Source: Trueperaceae bacterium (GTDB lineage Bacteria > Deinococcota > Deinococci > Deinococcales > Trueperaceae). Taken from it: 26,959 nucleotides of DNA. Of this stretch, positions 8,360 through 17,796 are shown piece after piece. The DNA lies in assembly GCA_029210865.1 (NCBI GenBank), contig JARGGE010000001.1, forward strand, positions 1 through 26,959, written 5' to 3'. The number at the start of each line of letters is the position of its first letter. Within the stretch, counting starts at the first letter, position 1. A program made the translations under genes and the position numbers. The notes beneath the pieces were generated by a model. The model did not search any database and had not been told where the DNA came from. It was given only the letters and a program-made list of their open reading frames with translations.

Positions 8360-8628
8360 TCGACCGCCTCCTCCAGGATGCTGTTGTCGAGCTCCTTCTC
8401 GGCCAGGAGCCGCTTCAGGCGCGCGTTCTCCTTCTCGAGCTCCTTGAGGCGCTTGGCGTCGTCGCGGTTCATGCCGCCGTACTGCTTGCGCCAGCGGTAG
8501 ACGGTCCATTCGGCGACCTCCACGCGCTTCGCGGCGGCCGCGACCGACAGGCCCTCGGTGGCCTGCAGGCGACCGATCTCGCGCAACTTCTAGACCGCCT
8601 GCTCCGGCGAGTGCATCTTGCCCTTCAT
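8347..8628 (-). pseudogene. IS3 transposase OrfA with a premature amber codon
   Basis: SD GGAGGGAG, ATG 8628: MKGKMHSPEQAV*KLREI...WTVYRWRKQYGGM...RLKELEKENARLKRLLAE; TAG at codon 13 (8592-8590). Confidence 0.88.
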
Positions 8629-8682
8629 GGGACTCCCTCCTGGAATCCCACACCTTAGCTGGACCAAACAACGGGGGTTGGA

Positions 8683-9228
8683 TCAGGTGCCCTCCAGGTA
8701 GAACAACGGCAGGTGCCAGAGCGCCCAGAAGACGCCCACCACCAGGGCCGCACCGGCCGCCGGCAGCCGCCGCTGCAGGGCGTTCTGCGCGTACCCGCGC
8801 CAGGCCGGCTCCTCGACGATGCCCGCGAGGAGGCCGACGAGGAGGAAGGTGACCGGACCGGATCCCGCGACCAGCGACCAGGGCGCCGCACCGCGGGTCA
8901 GGGCGGTCCACACGAGCGGCGCCCCGGCCAGGACGACGGCCAACGAGAGCGCGATGACGTACCGGCGGGGCGCAACCGAACGCGGATCGAGGGCGCGTCG
9001 CCAGAAGGCGCGTGGTGGCGCGTGCCACCACCCGGCCGCCACGAAGCCGGCGGTGACCACCAGGGGTCCCAGCATGCCCGCGATCGTCAGCAGCACGGTC
9101 GGGTACGCGAGCCACGGCTGGCCGGTCAGGGTCGCCGGCCACAGGAACGCCCAGGTCCAGCCCACGACGGCCGCCAGGAACCACCAGGGGCGGGGGCGCC
9201 CGGCCGCCGCTCGTGCCGCAGGGGTCAC
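8683..9228 (-). pseudogene. CPBP (Abi/CAAX type II) intramembrane protease, 3'-truncated by the IS
   Basis: VEEPAWRGYAQ and FWALWHLP motifs. The stop is the terminal TGA of the IS and the last motif (HxxxN) is absent. GTG 9228 overlaps the upstream TGA. Confidence 0.85.
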
Positions 9229-10746
9229 GGTCCGAACCGCTCCGTGAGCCATTCCGCGATGGCCTCGGGCAGCTCGGGCAGGAAGGCCATCTCCAGGCGC
9301 AGGTACTCGTCGAGCGCGCCCGTCTCGGCGCGCTGGAACAGGTGGTTGGCCTCGGGGAGCACCACCACGGTGGCGTCGTCGTTGCCGGCCGCGGCCAGCG
9401 CGGCCTCGAAGGCCGGCAGGTTGGCGTCGAGGTCGACCTGGGCGTCGAGGGCCGCGAAGACCCCGAGCACGGGCACCGTCACGCGCGACCAGTCGTCGGC
9501 GGGGTCGTAGGTGAGGAAGAAGCGCATCCAGGGCTGCTGGAACGCCGCCGCGCCCGCCGCCTGCTGGGCGACGTAGGCGTCGACGTCGGGGATCTGCGCC
9601 TGCGTCGCGGCGGGCAGCGCGGCCACCTGGGCCGCCGTCACCTCGGTGAGGTAGGCCTCGAGGGCCGGCCAGTCCTCGGCCAGCGCCAGCTCCACGACGC
9701 GCGTCTGCTGCGAGGCGGCCTCGGCCACCTGTTCGGGCGTCATGCCGCTGTCGGCCGAGATGCGCGCGACCTGCGCGACGACGAGCTCCGTGTACGGCAG
9801 CGCCGACGGCGCCATCGCGACGCCGAAGGCCACCTCGGGGGCGCGGGCGCCGACCACGGCGACCAGGGTGCCGCCCTCCGAGTGGCCGAGGATGCCTACG
9901 CGCTCGCGATCGACGTCGGGCCGGGCGGCCAGGGTGCGGACGGCCGCCGCGAGGTCGTCGGCAGGGTCGGCCGAGGTGGCGCTCGCGTGATCGCCGGTCG
10001 ACGCGCCGACGCCGCGCTCGTCCCAGCGCAGGACGGCGAAGCCGGCGCGGGTCAGGTGATCGGCCAGCCAGCGCAGGGGCTCGTAGCCGGGCAGCGCCGG
10101 GTTGGCGCCGTCGCGGTCCTGGGCGCCGGAGCCGCTCACCAGCGCCACGGCCGGGTGCGGGCCGGGGCCGTCGGGGATCGAAAGCACGCCCGCCAGCGTC
10201 ACCTCGCCCGATGCGAACGCCACGTCCTCGATCGCGTAGGGAAGCTCGGCGGGGTCGACCGCCTCGGGCACGGCGCTCGCCACCTCGAAGCCCAGCAGGA
10301 TCTCGTTGACGGCCGCGTTCACCCCCTGCGCGTAGGCCGGCTGCGTCGCCTGGACCAGCATGAGGACGGTGTACCCGCCGCGCTCGAGGCTGATCGCCGC
10401 GACCAGGTCGTCAGAGGCGCTGCGTCCAGACCGCGTCGGGCAGGGCGACGGGCGACGTCTGCAGCGGTGCGGCGGCGAAGGCGTCGTCGAGCGCGGGGTC
10501 GACCAGGATCTGCAGGGCTGCGGTGACGACGTCCATCTCGGCGCCGATCGGCGCGAGCAGGTGGATGACGCCGTCCGGGGAGGTGGGGCGCGTGAGGGTG
10601 GCGACGTCGGGGGTGGCCTCGACGGTCCAGCCCTGCGGGACGGGCGCCGTGTAGCGGGCCTGCGGGTCAGCGTAGCGGCCCTCCTGGGCCAGCGCCGAGC
10701 CGACGAGCAGGGCGACGAGGAGGGCGGCGGCGAGCGTGCGGATCAT
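9225..10746 (-). pseudogene. Secreted alpha/beta-fold hydrolase, frameshifted at about 10413
   Basis: AGGAGG + MIRTLAAALLVALLVGSALAQ signal; frame 1 stops at TGA 10413-10411; the +1 frame continues DDLVAAISLERGGYTVLMLVQ into SGSGAQDRDG, GHSEGG, DAQV, EANHLF (Ser-Asp-His). Confidence 0.8.
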
Positions 10747-10790
10747 GGCGTGCCTCCTGGCAGGGCGGCCCGGGCGGCCGCCCACTGGGT

Positions 10791-11588
10791 TCAGAACCCC
10801 TCGCGCCGCACGCGCCAGACGGCCAGCGCGAGAAACAGGGCGGTCCAGGCAGGCGTGGCCAGCAGCGGCCACGGCGTGGCGAGGGCGCCCCCGCTCGTGA
10901 CCACGATCGCCATGCGGCCCAGCAGCCAGGGGCCCACCTGCCCGAGCCAGGGGGCGACCACGAGCATGGCGTCGCCGCCGAAGAGCAGGACCAGCGCGAC
11001 CGCGAGCACGACGCCGCGGCTGCGCGCGAACGCGCCGAGCATCAGCGTCACGGCGGCGTAGAAGAGCAGGTCGAGCGCGAGCAGGCCGAAGGCCGCCGCG
11101 TAGGCACCGAGCGGCAGCGCGGCGCCGGCCTCCAGCGACAGGGCCCCGTAGGCCACCGCCGCCGGCAGCACCAGCCCGACGGCCGCCAAAGCCAGCGCAT
11201 GGACGACGAACTTGGCCAGCACGAAGGCGGTGCGGGAGGCCGGCTTGCTCAGCACCCAGGCGGCCGTGCCGGTCTCGCGCTCCCCGAGGATCGCGCCGTG
11301 CAGCAGGATGATGGCGCCGATCGGCAGCGCCAGGGCGCCCATCTGGAAGGGCATCTGCAGCGCCACCGCGAAGGCGCCGTCGGTCTCGGCCTCGAAGAGC
11401 TCGCGCATGAACACGAGCGGCAGCAACAGCGGCGCCACGAGGATGCCGAGCCACACCAGCGGCTGGACCCAAGCGCTGCGGGTGCGGGTCCACTGCGCCG
11501 CCTCGTTGCGCGCGAGGTTGCCGAAGCCGAGCCAGCCGCCGCGGTCGGCGACCGGGCGCAGGGCGGTGCCTGCGGCCGGGGCGCTCAT
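10791..11588 (-). CDS. ABC-2 type exporter permease
   Basis: GAILGERETGTAAWVLSKPASRTAFVLAKF motif and about 6 TM segments; ATG overlaps the ATPase TGA. Confidence 0.88.
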   Translation of the reverse strand: MSAPAAGTALRPVADRGGWLGFGNLARNEAAQWTRTRSAWVQPLVWLGILVAPLLLPLVFMRELFEAETDGAFAVALQMPFQMGALALPIGAIILLHGAILGERETGTAAWVLSKPASRTAFVLAKFVVHALALAAVGLVLPAAVAYGALSLEAGAALPLGAYAAAFGLLALDLLFYAAVTLMLGAFARSRGVVLAVALVLLFGGDAMLVVAPWLGQVGPWLLGRMAIVVTSGGALATPWPLLATPAWTALFLALAVWRVRREGF

Positions 11589-12580
11589 CGCGCCGCCTCC
11601 GCGTCGCGGACCAGGCCCATGAAGACCTCCTCGAGCTCGAAGCTGCGGCGCCGGAAGTGGGTGACGACGGCATCGGGAGCGTCCATGACGCGCCGCAGGA
11701 GCTCGGCCTTGGCGATCACCTCGTCGTGCACGGCCACCTAAAGCGTCACGCCGCCGTCGGCCACGGGGTGCTCCACGACGTCCGCCACCCACGACAGCGC
11801 GCGCAGCGCTTCCAGGGTCCCGTTCGGCGACCGCTCCAGGCCGATCAGGTAGGTGGCGGCGCCGTCGCCCGCCAGCAGCTCGTGGGTGGGCGCCTGGGCG
11901 ATCAGCCGCCGGCCGCGGTTGAGGATGGCGACGTGGTCGGCCACGCGCTGCACGTCGTCAAGGATGTGGGTGGAGAACAGGACGGTCGTGTGCGCCCGCA
12001 GCCGGTCGAGGATCGACAGCACCGCGTGGCGTCCGACGGGGTCGAGCGCGGCGGCGGGCTCGTCCATGATGAGCAATTCGGGCGCGTTGACCTGCGCCTG
12101 CGCGATGCCGAGCCGCTGGCGCTCGCCGCCCGAGAAGCCGCGGACCGGCCGGTCGGCCTTGTCCGCGAGGTCGACGAGCTCGAGCATCTCGTCGATGCGG
12201 TCCTCGATCGCGCGCGCGGGACCGGCGTAGAAGAAGCGGGCGGTGAAGCGCAGCGTCTCGCGCGCGGTCTGGTGCTCGTAGAAGCGCGGGTCCTGCGCCA
12301 GGAAGCCGACGCGGCGCCGCACCTCGAGGCTGTCGCGGGTCGCGTCGTGGCCCAGCACCTCGGCGCGTCCCGAGGTGGGCCGCGCGAGGCCGACCAGCAG
12401 GCGCATCGCCGTCGTCTTGCCGGCGCCGTTGGGGCCGAGGAAGCCGAAGACGGCGTGGCGCGGCACCCGCAGCTCGAGGGCGTCGAGCGCGGTGACCTCG
12501 TCGAAGCGCTTGGTGAGGCCGTGGGTCGCGATGGCGTGGCCGTCGGCGGGGTCGGCCTGGGGCAGCGGGAGGTCGGTCAC
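11585..12580 (-). pseudogene. ABC-2 exporter ATP-binding protein with an internal TAG
   Basis: GGAGG + GTG 12580; GPNGAGKTT, FSGGERQRLG, LIMDEP, STH. TAG at 11740-11738, then the same frame continues VAVHDEVIAKAELL...SFELEEVFMGLV to TGA 11585. Confidence 0.85.
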
Positions 12581-12707
12581 GGTCGTCCTCCGGGTGGGTC
12601 GTGGCGGCACGAGGACGGGTAGGACCCAGGGTACGGCCGCGAGCGAAGCGCGGCCGGGACGCGTGTCACCCGGGGAAGCCGAAGACGGTACGGCACGTTC
12701 GGCCTCC

Positions 12708-12751
12708 ATAGCGCTTGACGCTATATAGCGTGGCACGCTAATATCCCACCT
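12708..12751 (+). promoter_or_regulatory. higBA promoter with two tandem palindromic operators
   Basis: -35 TTGACG 12715-12720, -10 TAATAT 12739-12744. ATAGCG-N5-CGCTAT (12708-12724) and ATAGCG-N5-CGCTAA (12725-12741). Confidence 0.8.
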
Positions 12752-13036
12752 GTGATCCTGTCCTTCGCGGACCGAGACACGCAGGCGGTCTTCGAGCGAA
12801 AGCGCGTGCGCCGCCTCCCGCCGGATACTCACCGACGCGCGCATCGGAAGCTCCTGACGCTTCACGCGGCGAGTTCGCTCGACGACACGAACGTGCCGCC
12901 GGGAAACCGACTGCATCCGCTCGCCGGAGACCGAGCCGGCCAATACGCGATCAGGATCAACGACCAGTGGCGCATCTGTTTCCGTTGGCACGATGGGAAC
13001 GCGTACGAGGTGGAGATCGCCGACTACCACGACTAA
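12752..13036 (+). CDS. higB: HigB-like toxin (RelE/ParE superfamily)
   Basis: MILSFAD...PPGNRLHPLAGDRAGQYAIRINDQWRICFRW...VEIADYH; toxin precedes antitoxin. Confidence 0.93.
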   Translation: MILSFADRDTQAVFERKRVRRLPPDTHRRAHRKLLTLHAASSLDDTNVPPGNRLHPLAGDRAGQYAIRINDQWRICFRWHDGNAYEVEIADYHD

Positions 13037-13069
13037 GGCTCCCCATGGGGCCAGAGAGCGAGGGTACGG

Positions 13070-13402
13070 ATGACCGGGAGCAAGCGCAAGGATGCCTATC
13101 CGCCCGTCCACCCGGGCGAGATCCTCCTGGAGGAGTTCATGGAGCCCCACGGTCTCTCGGCCTATTCGTTGGCCGCCAAGATCGGCGTCGATCACATGCG
13201 GATCTACCGGATCACGCGTGGCGAGCAGAGGGTCACCACCGACACCGCGTTGCGCCTGAGCCGGTTCTTCGGCACCACCGCGCGCTTCTGGCTCAACCTC
13301 GAGGATCACTACGATCTGGAACTGGCCGCGAGCGACCAGGGCGTCCAGCAGAGCCTCGAGAAGATCCGACCGCTCCGCACGGACCATTCCGTAGCCCAGT
13401 GA
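13070..13402 (+). CDS. higA: HigA antitoxin (HTH, VapI-like)
   Basis: PPVHPGEILLEEFM...ITRGEQRVTTDTALRLSRFFGTTARFWLNL. Confidence 0.93.
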   Translation: MTGSKRKDAYPPVHPGEILLEEFMEPHGLSAYSLAAKIGVDHMRIYRITRGEQRVTTDTALRLSRFFGTTARFWLNLEDHYDLELAASDQGVQQSLEKIRPLRTDHSVAQ

Positions 13403-13417
13403 AGCACCGTTCGTGGC

Positions 13418-13880
13418 CTACAAGGTCGCGGGTACGTCGGCGAACAGGCGGAAGCTCGTCACCGTGACGAACCCGAGCCGCTCGTAGCGCTTCTCGGCCA
13501 TGGGCGAGGAGTCCAGCACGACGACCTCGTGCCCCATCTCCTTGGCTGCCCGCATGGCGGTAACCATCAAGACGGGGGCGATCCCCAGGCCGCGCGCCTC
13601 GGGCTTGGTCGCCACCGCGTAAATGCCGGCCGAGCCGGGGCCGTCGTACAGGCCGAGCTTGGAGATCGGGACGCCGTCCCTGTACGCCATCCACATCCGC
13701 GTGCGCGACCGGGCCGGCCGACCTGGAACCTCGTCAAGATGTCGTGCAGGTGCGGGCGATAGGCCCCGGGCACGCCCCAGCGCCAAGCCGCGAACTCGGA
13801 ACCGACGCCCGGGTCGGCGTCGTCGCGGACCTCGCGGATGACGCACGATCTCGTCGCGCGGGTACCATGCCACTCGCTTC
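13418..13880 (-). pseudogene. GNAT acetyltransferase remnant
   Basis: C-terminal AGIYAVATKPEARGLGIA...YERLGF; upstream part (VIREVRDDAD...ILTRFQVG) lies in another frame; no clean start. Confidence 0.7.
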
Positions 13881-14025
13881 ATCGCGCCATCGCAGCCGAC
13901 CGCGACGGCGGCGCCCGCCGGTGGCCGAGGCTGCGCGCGCGCCAGGCACTCGGGTACCCTGGCCGCACGATGCATGCAAGCGGTTCGCGGCCGATCGCAC
14001 CGCGCCCCGCAACGAGGAGGTCGCC

Positions 14026-14955
14026 ATGAAGTACCGCCGCTTGGGCTCGACCGAGATGCCCGTCTCCGTCGTCGGGATCGGCACCTGGCAGTTCGGAGGC
14101 GAGTGGGGCCATGACTACCAGGTGGCCGAAGTGCGCGCCATCCTCGACCGGGCTCGGGAGCTGGGCGTCAACCTCCTCGACACCGCCGAGTGCTACGGCG
14201 ACCACGTCTCCGAGCGGCTGATCGGCGAGGCCATCGAGGGCCGCCGCGACGAGTGGTTCGTCGCCACCAAGTTCGGCCACCGCTACACGGGCGACTTCCA
14301 GCGCGACCAGCTGTGGTCGGCCGACGAGGTCCTCCGGCAGCTCGACGCCTCGCTCGAGGCGCTCCGCACCGACCACGTCGACCTCTACCAGTTCCACTCC
14401 GGCTCACACGACGCCTTCGAGAACGCCGACCTGTGGGCGGCGCTGGCCGAACAGGTGTCCGCGGGCCGCATCCGCCATCTGGGGATCTCGATCGGCAGGA
14501 ACGACGACGTGGACCAGACGAGCCGCGCGCGCGACGTCGGGGCCGAGGCGATCCAGGTGGTCTACAACCGGCTGGACCGGACGCCCGAGCAGGACGTCTT
14601 CCCCGTCTGTCAGGACCACGACCTGGGCGTGCTGGCCCGCGTGCCGCTGGCGAGCGGGTTCCTCAGCGGCCGGTACCGCCCTGGCGCGACCTTCGACGAC
14701 GCGAGCGACGTGCGCTCCCGGCACGACCCGACCACCGTCCAACGCAAGCTCGAGGAAGCCGACCGGATCCGCCGCGACGAGGTGCCCGAGGGCGTGGCCA
14801 TGGCGACGTGGGCGCTGGCCTGGTGCCTTCAGCACCCCGCGGTCACCTGCGTCATCCCCGGGTGCAAGAGCGTCGCGCAGGTCGAGGCCAACGCCCACGC
14901 GGCCGACCTCGACCTGGTGCGCGACGACCACCCGCAGGCGGTGACCAAGGGTTAG
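14026..14955 (+). CDS. Aldo/keto reductase
   Basis: GAGGAGG RBS; GIGTWQFGG, LLDTAECYG, VATKFG, DLYQFH, GRIRHLGIS, RVPLASG, VIPGCKSVAQVEAN. Confidence 0.95.
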   Translation: MKYRRLGSTEMPVSVVGIGTWQFGGEWGHDYQVAEVRAILDRARELGVNLLDTAECYGDHVSERLIGEAIEGRRDEWFVATKFGHRYTGDFQRDQLWSADEVLRQLDASLEALRTDHVDLYQFHSGSHDAFENADLWAALAEQVSAGRIRHLGISIGRNDDVDQTSRARDVGAEAIQVVYNRLDRTPEQDVFPVCQDHDLGVLARVPLASGFLSGRYRPGATFDDASDVRSRHDPTTVQRKLEEADRIRRDEVPEGVAMATWALAWCLQHPAVTCVIPGCKSVAQVEANAHAADLDLVRDDHPQAVTKG

Positions 14956-15143
14956 GGCGCGGCGTCCGAACGGCCTCGGTCGGCGACCCGGCGCTCGGTC
15001 GGTAGGTCGGGCGTGGCACGAGCGGGCATGACGTTTGCACCTCACCCTCTCCGTGCGGCGAGGGCTACGCTTCACCCGCATCGACCGGCCGCCGCCGTAC
15101 CCGACGACAGGTCATCGCAGTCGGAGGCGCGACCATCGCGAAC

Positions 15144-15620
15144 GTGACCGTCGTGTCGATCAACGCACTCGCCTTAGGGTGCCTCGTCTTCTCGTTCAGC
15201 CGGGATCGGACCAAGACGGCGCAGGCGCCGCGCATCGCCCGGCGCTCGGCCACCGGGCTGCTGCCCACGCTGCTGCTCATCCTGGTCCTCATCGCGCTGA
15301 TGCTCGCGTTCGTGCCACCGGCGACGATCGGACGCCTCGTCGGGTCGGGCAGCGGCGTCGCCGGTGTCGGCATCGCCGGCTTCCTCGGTTCGGTGCTCCA
15401 CATCCCGGCGCTGCTCGCGTTCCCGCTCGGGGCCTCGTTCCTGCGGAGCGGCGCGTCGACGACGGTCGTGGCCGTCTTCATCACGACGCTGACGATGGTC
15501 GGCCTGGTGACGCTGCCGCTCGAGATCGAGTTGCTCGGCCGTCGCTTCGCGCTGCTTCGCAACGGGCTGAGCCTCGTCGCCGCCCTGCTCATCGGCCTGT
15601 TCGTGGGCGTGGTCCTGTGA
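15144..15620 (+). CDS. Permease half, DUF318/COG0701 (ArsP-like)
   Basis: Hydrophobic; HIPALLAFPLGASFLRSGAS, TLPLEIELLGRRFALLRN motifs. Confidence 0.75.
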   Translation: MTVVSINALALGCLVFSFSRDRTKTAQAPRIARRSATGLLPTLLLILVLIALMLAFVPPATIGRLVGSGSGVAGVGIAGFLGSVLHIPALLAFPLGASFLRSGASTTVVAVFITTLTMVGLVTLPLEIELLGRRFALLRNGLSLVAALLIGLFVGVVL

Positions 15621-16204
15621 ACGGCACCGCCGCGCACGTGCCGGCGGGCGCCACGGGCGCCCAGCGCGCACCCGCCGCGGGCCGCGCCTGGCTCCTCCTG
15701 GCCGGTGTGCTCGTCATCGCGACGCTGCTCCTAGTCCTCTTCCCGGACCGGCGCGCGCCCGCCACCGACGTCTTCTGGACGTTCCTCGTCGAGATGCTCA
15801 CCGTGATCCCGGCCGTCCTGATCATCATGGGCGCGTTCGCGGTGTGGGTCCCCAAGGAGATGATCACGCGCCACCTGGGGCGCAGCGCCGGCGCGCGCGG
15901 CCTGGCGCTCGCGCTCCTGCTGGGAACCCTGCCGACCGGCCCGCTGTACGCGGCCTTCCCGTTCATCCGTGGGCTGCTGGACAAGGGTGCCTCGCTCAGG
16001 AACGCCTTCGCCTTGATGGCGGCGTGGGCCTGCATCAAGCCCCCTCAAGAGCTCTTCGAGATCCAGTTCCTCGGCTGGCGCTTCGCGCTCGCCCGGCTCC
16101 TGATCACCCTCGCCGTCGTCATCGCGCTCGCCCACGTCTTCCCGCTGCTGCTCGCCGACCCGACGGGTGGCGCCGATCGCGAGGCGAGCGAAGCCACGGC
16201 GTAG
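15617..16204 (+). CDS. Permease half, DUF318/COG0701 (ArsP-like)
   Basis: GTGA overlap; GTLPTGPLYAAFP..LLDKGAS, WACIKPPQELFEIQFLGWRFALAR parallel the motifs of the first half. Confidence 0.75.
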   Translation: MNGTAAHVPAGATGAQRAPAAGRAWLLLAGVLVIATLLLVLFPDRRAPATDVFWTFLVEMLTVIPAVLIIMGAFAVWVPKEMITRHLGRSAGARGLALALLLGTLPTGPLYAAFPFIRGLLDKGASLRNAFALMAAWACIKPPQELFEIQFLGWRFALARLLITLAVVIALAHVFPLLLADPTGGADREASEATA

Positions 16205-16289
16205 CCGCACCCGGTAGCCGAAGCCCGAGGCGCCCGCGGCGTCGGCTCGTGGTCGCCGAGCGGATCCGCCACGACGCCGTGCCCGAGGC

Positions 16290-16763
16290 TCAGCCTCGCA
16301 GCCGCCCCCGCGACTCCTGCTCGGGGTGCTGCACCAGGTAGGCCAGCCAGCCGGCGACCGTCAGGTCGCCGAGGTCGTTGTGCCGCACGACGGTGGCCGG
16401 ATCGACCCCCGCCTCGTGCAAGCGACCGACCAGCGCGACCGTCTCGGCCCGCGTCTCCGCGAAGGCACGCCGGAGCGCGGGGACCCCGGCGGCCTCGTCG
16501 GGGCGGTAAGCGTGGTGGCCGTCCTCGACGAACGGCTCGCCGAGCGCGACGCGCAGGCGTCGCTGACCCCAACGCTCGATCCCCACCCAGTGGGCGATCG
16601 CGTCGCGGTGGCCGGGCGTGTCGGAGGCGCTCGCCAGGCGCGCGTCCATGCGCGCCGCCGAGACCTCGAGCTCGGCGGCGAGCCGCTCGAGCCCCTTGCC
16701 CCGCGCGGCGCGCTCGGCCATGGGGCGACGGACGAGTCCGATCAGGCGCTGAAGGAGGCTCAT
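16290..16763 (-). CDS. DinB-like protein
   Basis: AHWVGIERWGQRRL...VRHNDLGDLTVAGWLAYLVQH four-helix pattern with spaced His residues. Confidence 0.65.
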   Translation of the reverse strand: MSLLQRLIGLVRRPMAERAARGKGLERLAAELEVSAARMDARLASASDTPGHRDAIAHWVGIERWGQRRLRVALGEPFVEDGHHAYRPDEAAGVPALRRAFAETRAETVALVGRLHEAGVDPATVVRHNDLGDLTVAGWLAYLVQHPEQESRGRLRG

Positions 16764-17001
16764 GGACCCATCGTCGCATGGGGGTTGCGGCGAGCGCGTC
16801 GGACCGCACGCGGACGCCACGCCGGTGGCCTCCCTTGGCGTGGGGGCCTCCGGCTCGTGGGGCCGCGGGTCCACCCCTCCGTGAGAAGCGCAACGACCCC
16901 GATCGCGAACGTGCTATGACCTTCCGGAACACCGCCATCACATGCCCGTCCCCCGGCAAGCGCCATCCAAGCCGGGTGCGTCGGGGCGAGAGGACGCGAC
17001 C

Positions 17002-17376
17002 ATGGACGTACGCCGACCCGCCGATGCAGGCAAGGCCTTCGAGATGCTCTTCGCCGCAGGCGACCTCGAGGGGCTGATGGAGCTGTACGAGCCCGATGCC
17101 GTCTTCACCAACGCGCGGGGCGCCCACGCCGGATCGGTCGCGATCCGGAACGTGCTCCAGGGGTACCTCAACACGGGCGCCTCCATCCGCATGAACGAGT
17201 CGGTGGCGTTCGAGGCGGGCGAACTGGCGCTCGTCCACTGGTCGTGGACGATGACCTTCCCCGACGGCCGCACCGCGGAAGGCGCCACGGCCGAGGTCCT
17301 TCGCAAGTCCGCGGACGGCACTTGGAGGTTCGTCATCGACAACCCCGATGGGCCTGCCCTGATCGGTCACCCCTGA
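17002..17376 (+). CDS. SnoaL-like / DUF4440 (NTF2-fold, YybH-like) protein
   Basis: GAGAGG RBS; AGDLEGLMELYEPDAVF...TAEVLRKSADGTWRFVIDNP. Confidence 0.88.
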   Translation: MDVRRPADAGKAFEMLFAAGDLEGLMELYEPDAVFTNARGAHAGSVAIRNVLQGYLNTGASIRMNESVAFEAGELALVHWSWTMTFPDGRTAEGATAEVLRKSADGTWRFVIDNPDGPALIGHP

Positions 17377-17422
17377 ATCGGCCCAGCCCACACGCTCGGC
17401 CGGTCGCGCGGTCGGCACCGCC

Positions 17423-17640
17423 ATGACCTGCTGCATCGACGGCGTCGTCCTGATCTTCGACGTCGCCACGCGCCCGAGCCACCAACGCCGTGGCGTCGGC
17501 GAAGCGATGAGCTGGTGCGCCGTGAACCACGGCATCGAGGCTGCATGCGACCTCGCCTTCTTGCAGGTCACGCCCGCTGGCCGGCCTCTACGAGCGTTTG
17601 GGGTTCCAGCACGTCACCGAGCGGCTCGCCGAGCCGAAGC
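17423..17640 (+). pseudogene. GNAT acetyltransferase C-terminal remnant
   Basis: IFDVATRPSHQRRGVG...AFLQVTPAGRP, then LYERLGFQHV in another frame. Confidence 0.65.
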
Positions 17641-17796
17641 TCGCGACCCTCGACCGACGCCACTTCGGCACGCTCCGGCCTCGTCACGTCGACGCGCTCG
17701 TGCTCTTGCCCCTCGACGAACCCTGAGGGCGCCAGGTCCGAACGTCGCTCGCCCGGACCCTCCGCGGGCGCGCCCGGCGTCGCCTAGACTCCCGTC

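Larger units (their letters stand above)
7464..8685 (-). mobile_element. IS3-family insertion sequence (probably IS407 group), 1222 bp
   Basis: Ends read TGATCCAACCCCCGTTGTTTGGTCCA and TGACTGGACCCCGCTTTTTGCTCCA (imperfect IRs); orfA/orfB arrangement with a -1 overlap; no flanking direct repeat. Confidence 0.92.

Noticed and set aside
10409-10416. CTC TGA C at the hydrolase +1 shift resembles the prfB CUU UGA C programmed frameshift
   Set aside because: A CUC-to-UCU slip gives poor re-pairing and there is no SD-like element just upstream; a small deletion is simpler.
10763-10783. 8-bp GC hairpin between the ABC permease and the hydrolase RBS
   Set aside because: Short, all-GC and without a U-tract; not distinguishable from background.
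6714-11740. Three in-frame TAG codons (6714, 8590, 11738) suggesting amber recoding or pyrrolysine
   Set aside because: TAG is the genuine stop of intact genes here (2629, 14953, 16202), the affected genes lie in a decayed region and one has other lesions, and no pyl genes are visible.
12693-13420. Loose similarity of the higBA flanks (GCACGTTCGGCCT versus GCACCGTTCGTGGCCT) as cassette ends
   Set aside because: Needs several gaps, and no integrase or att structure is nearby.
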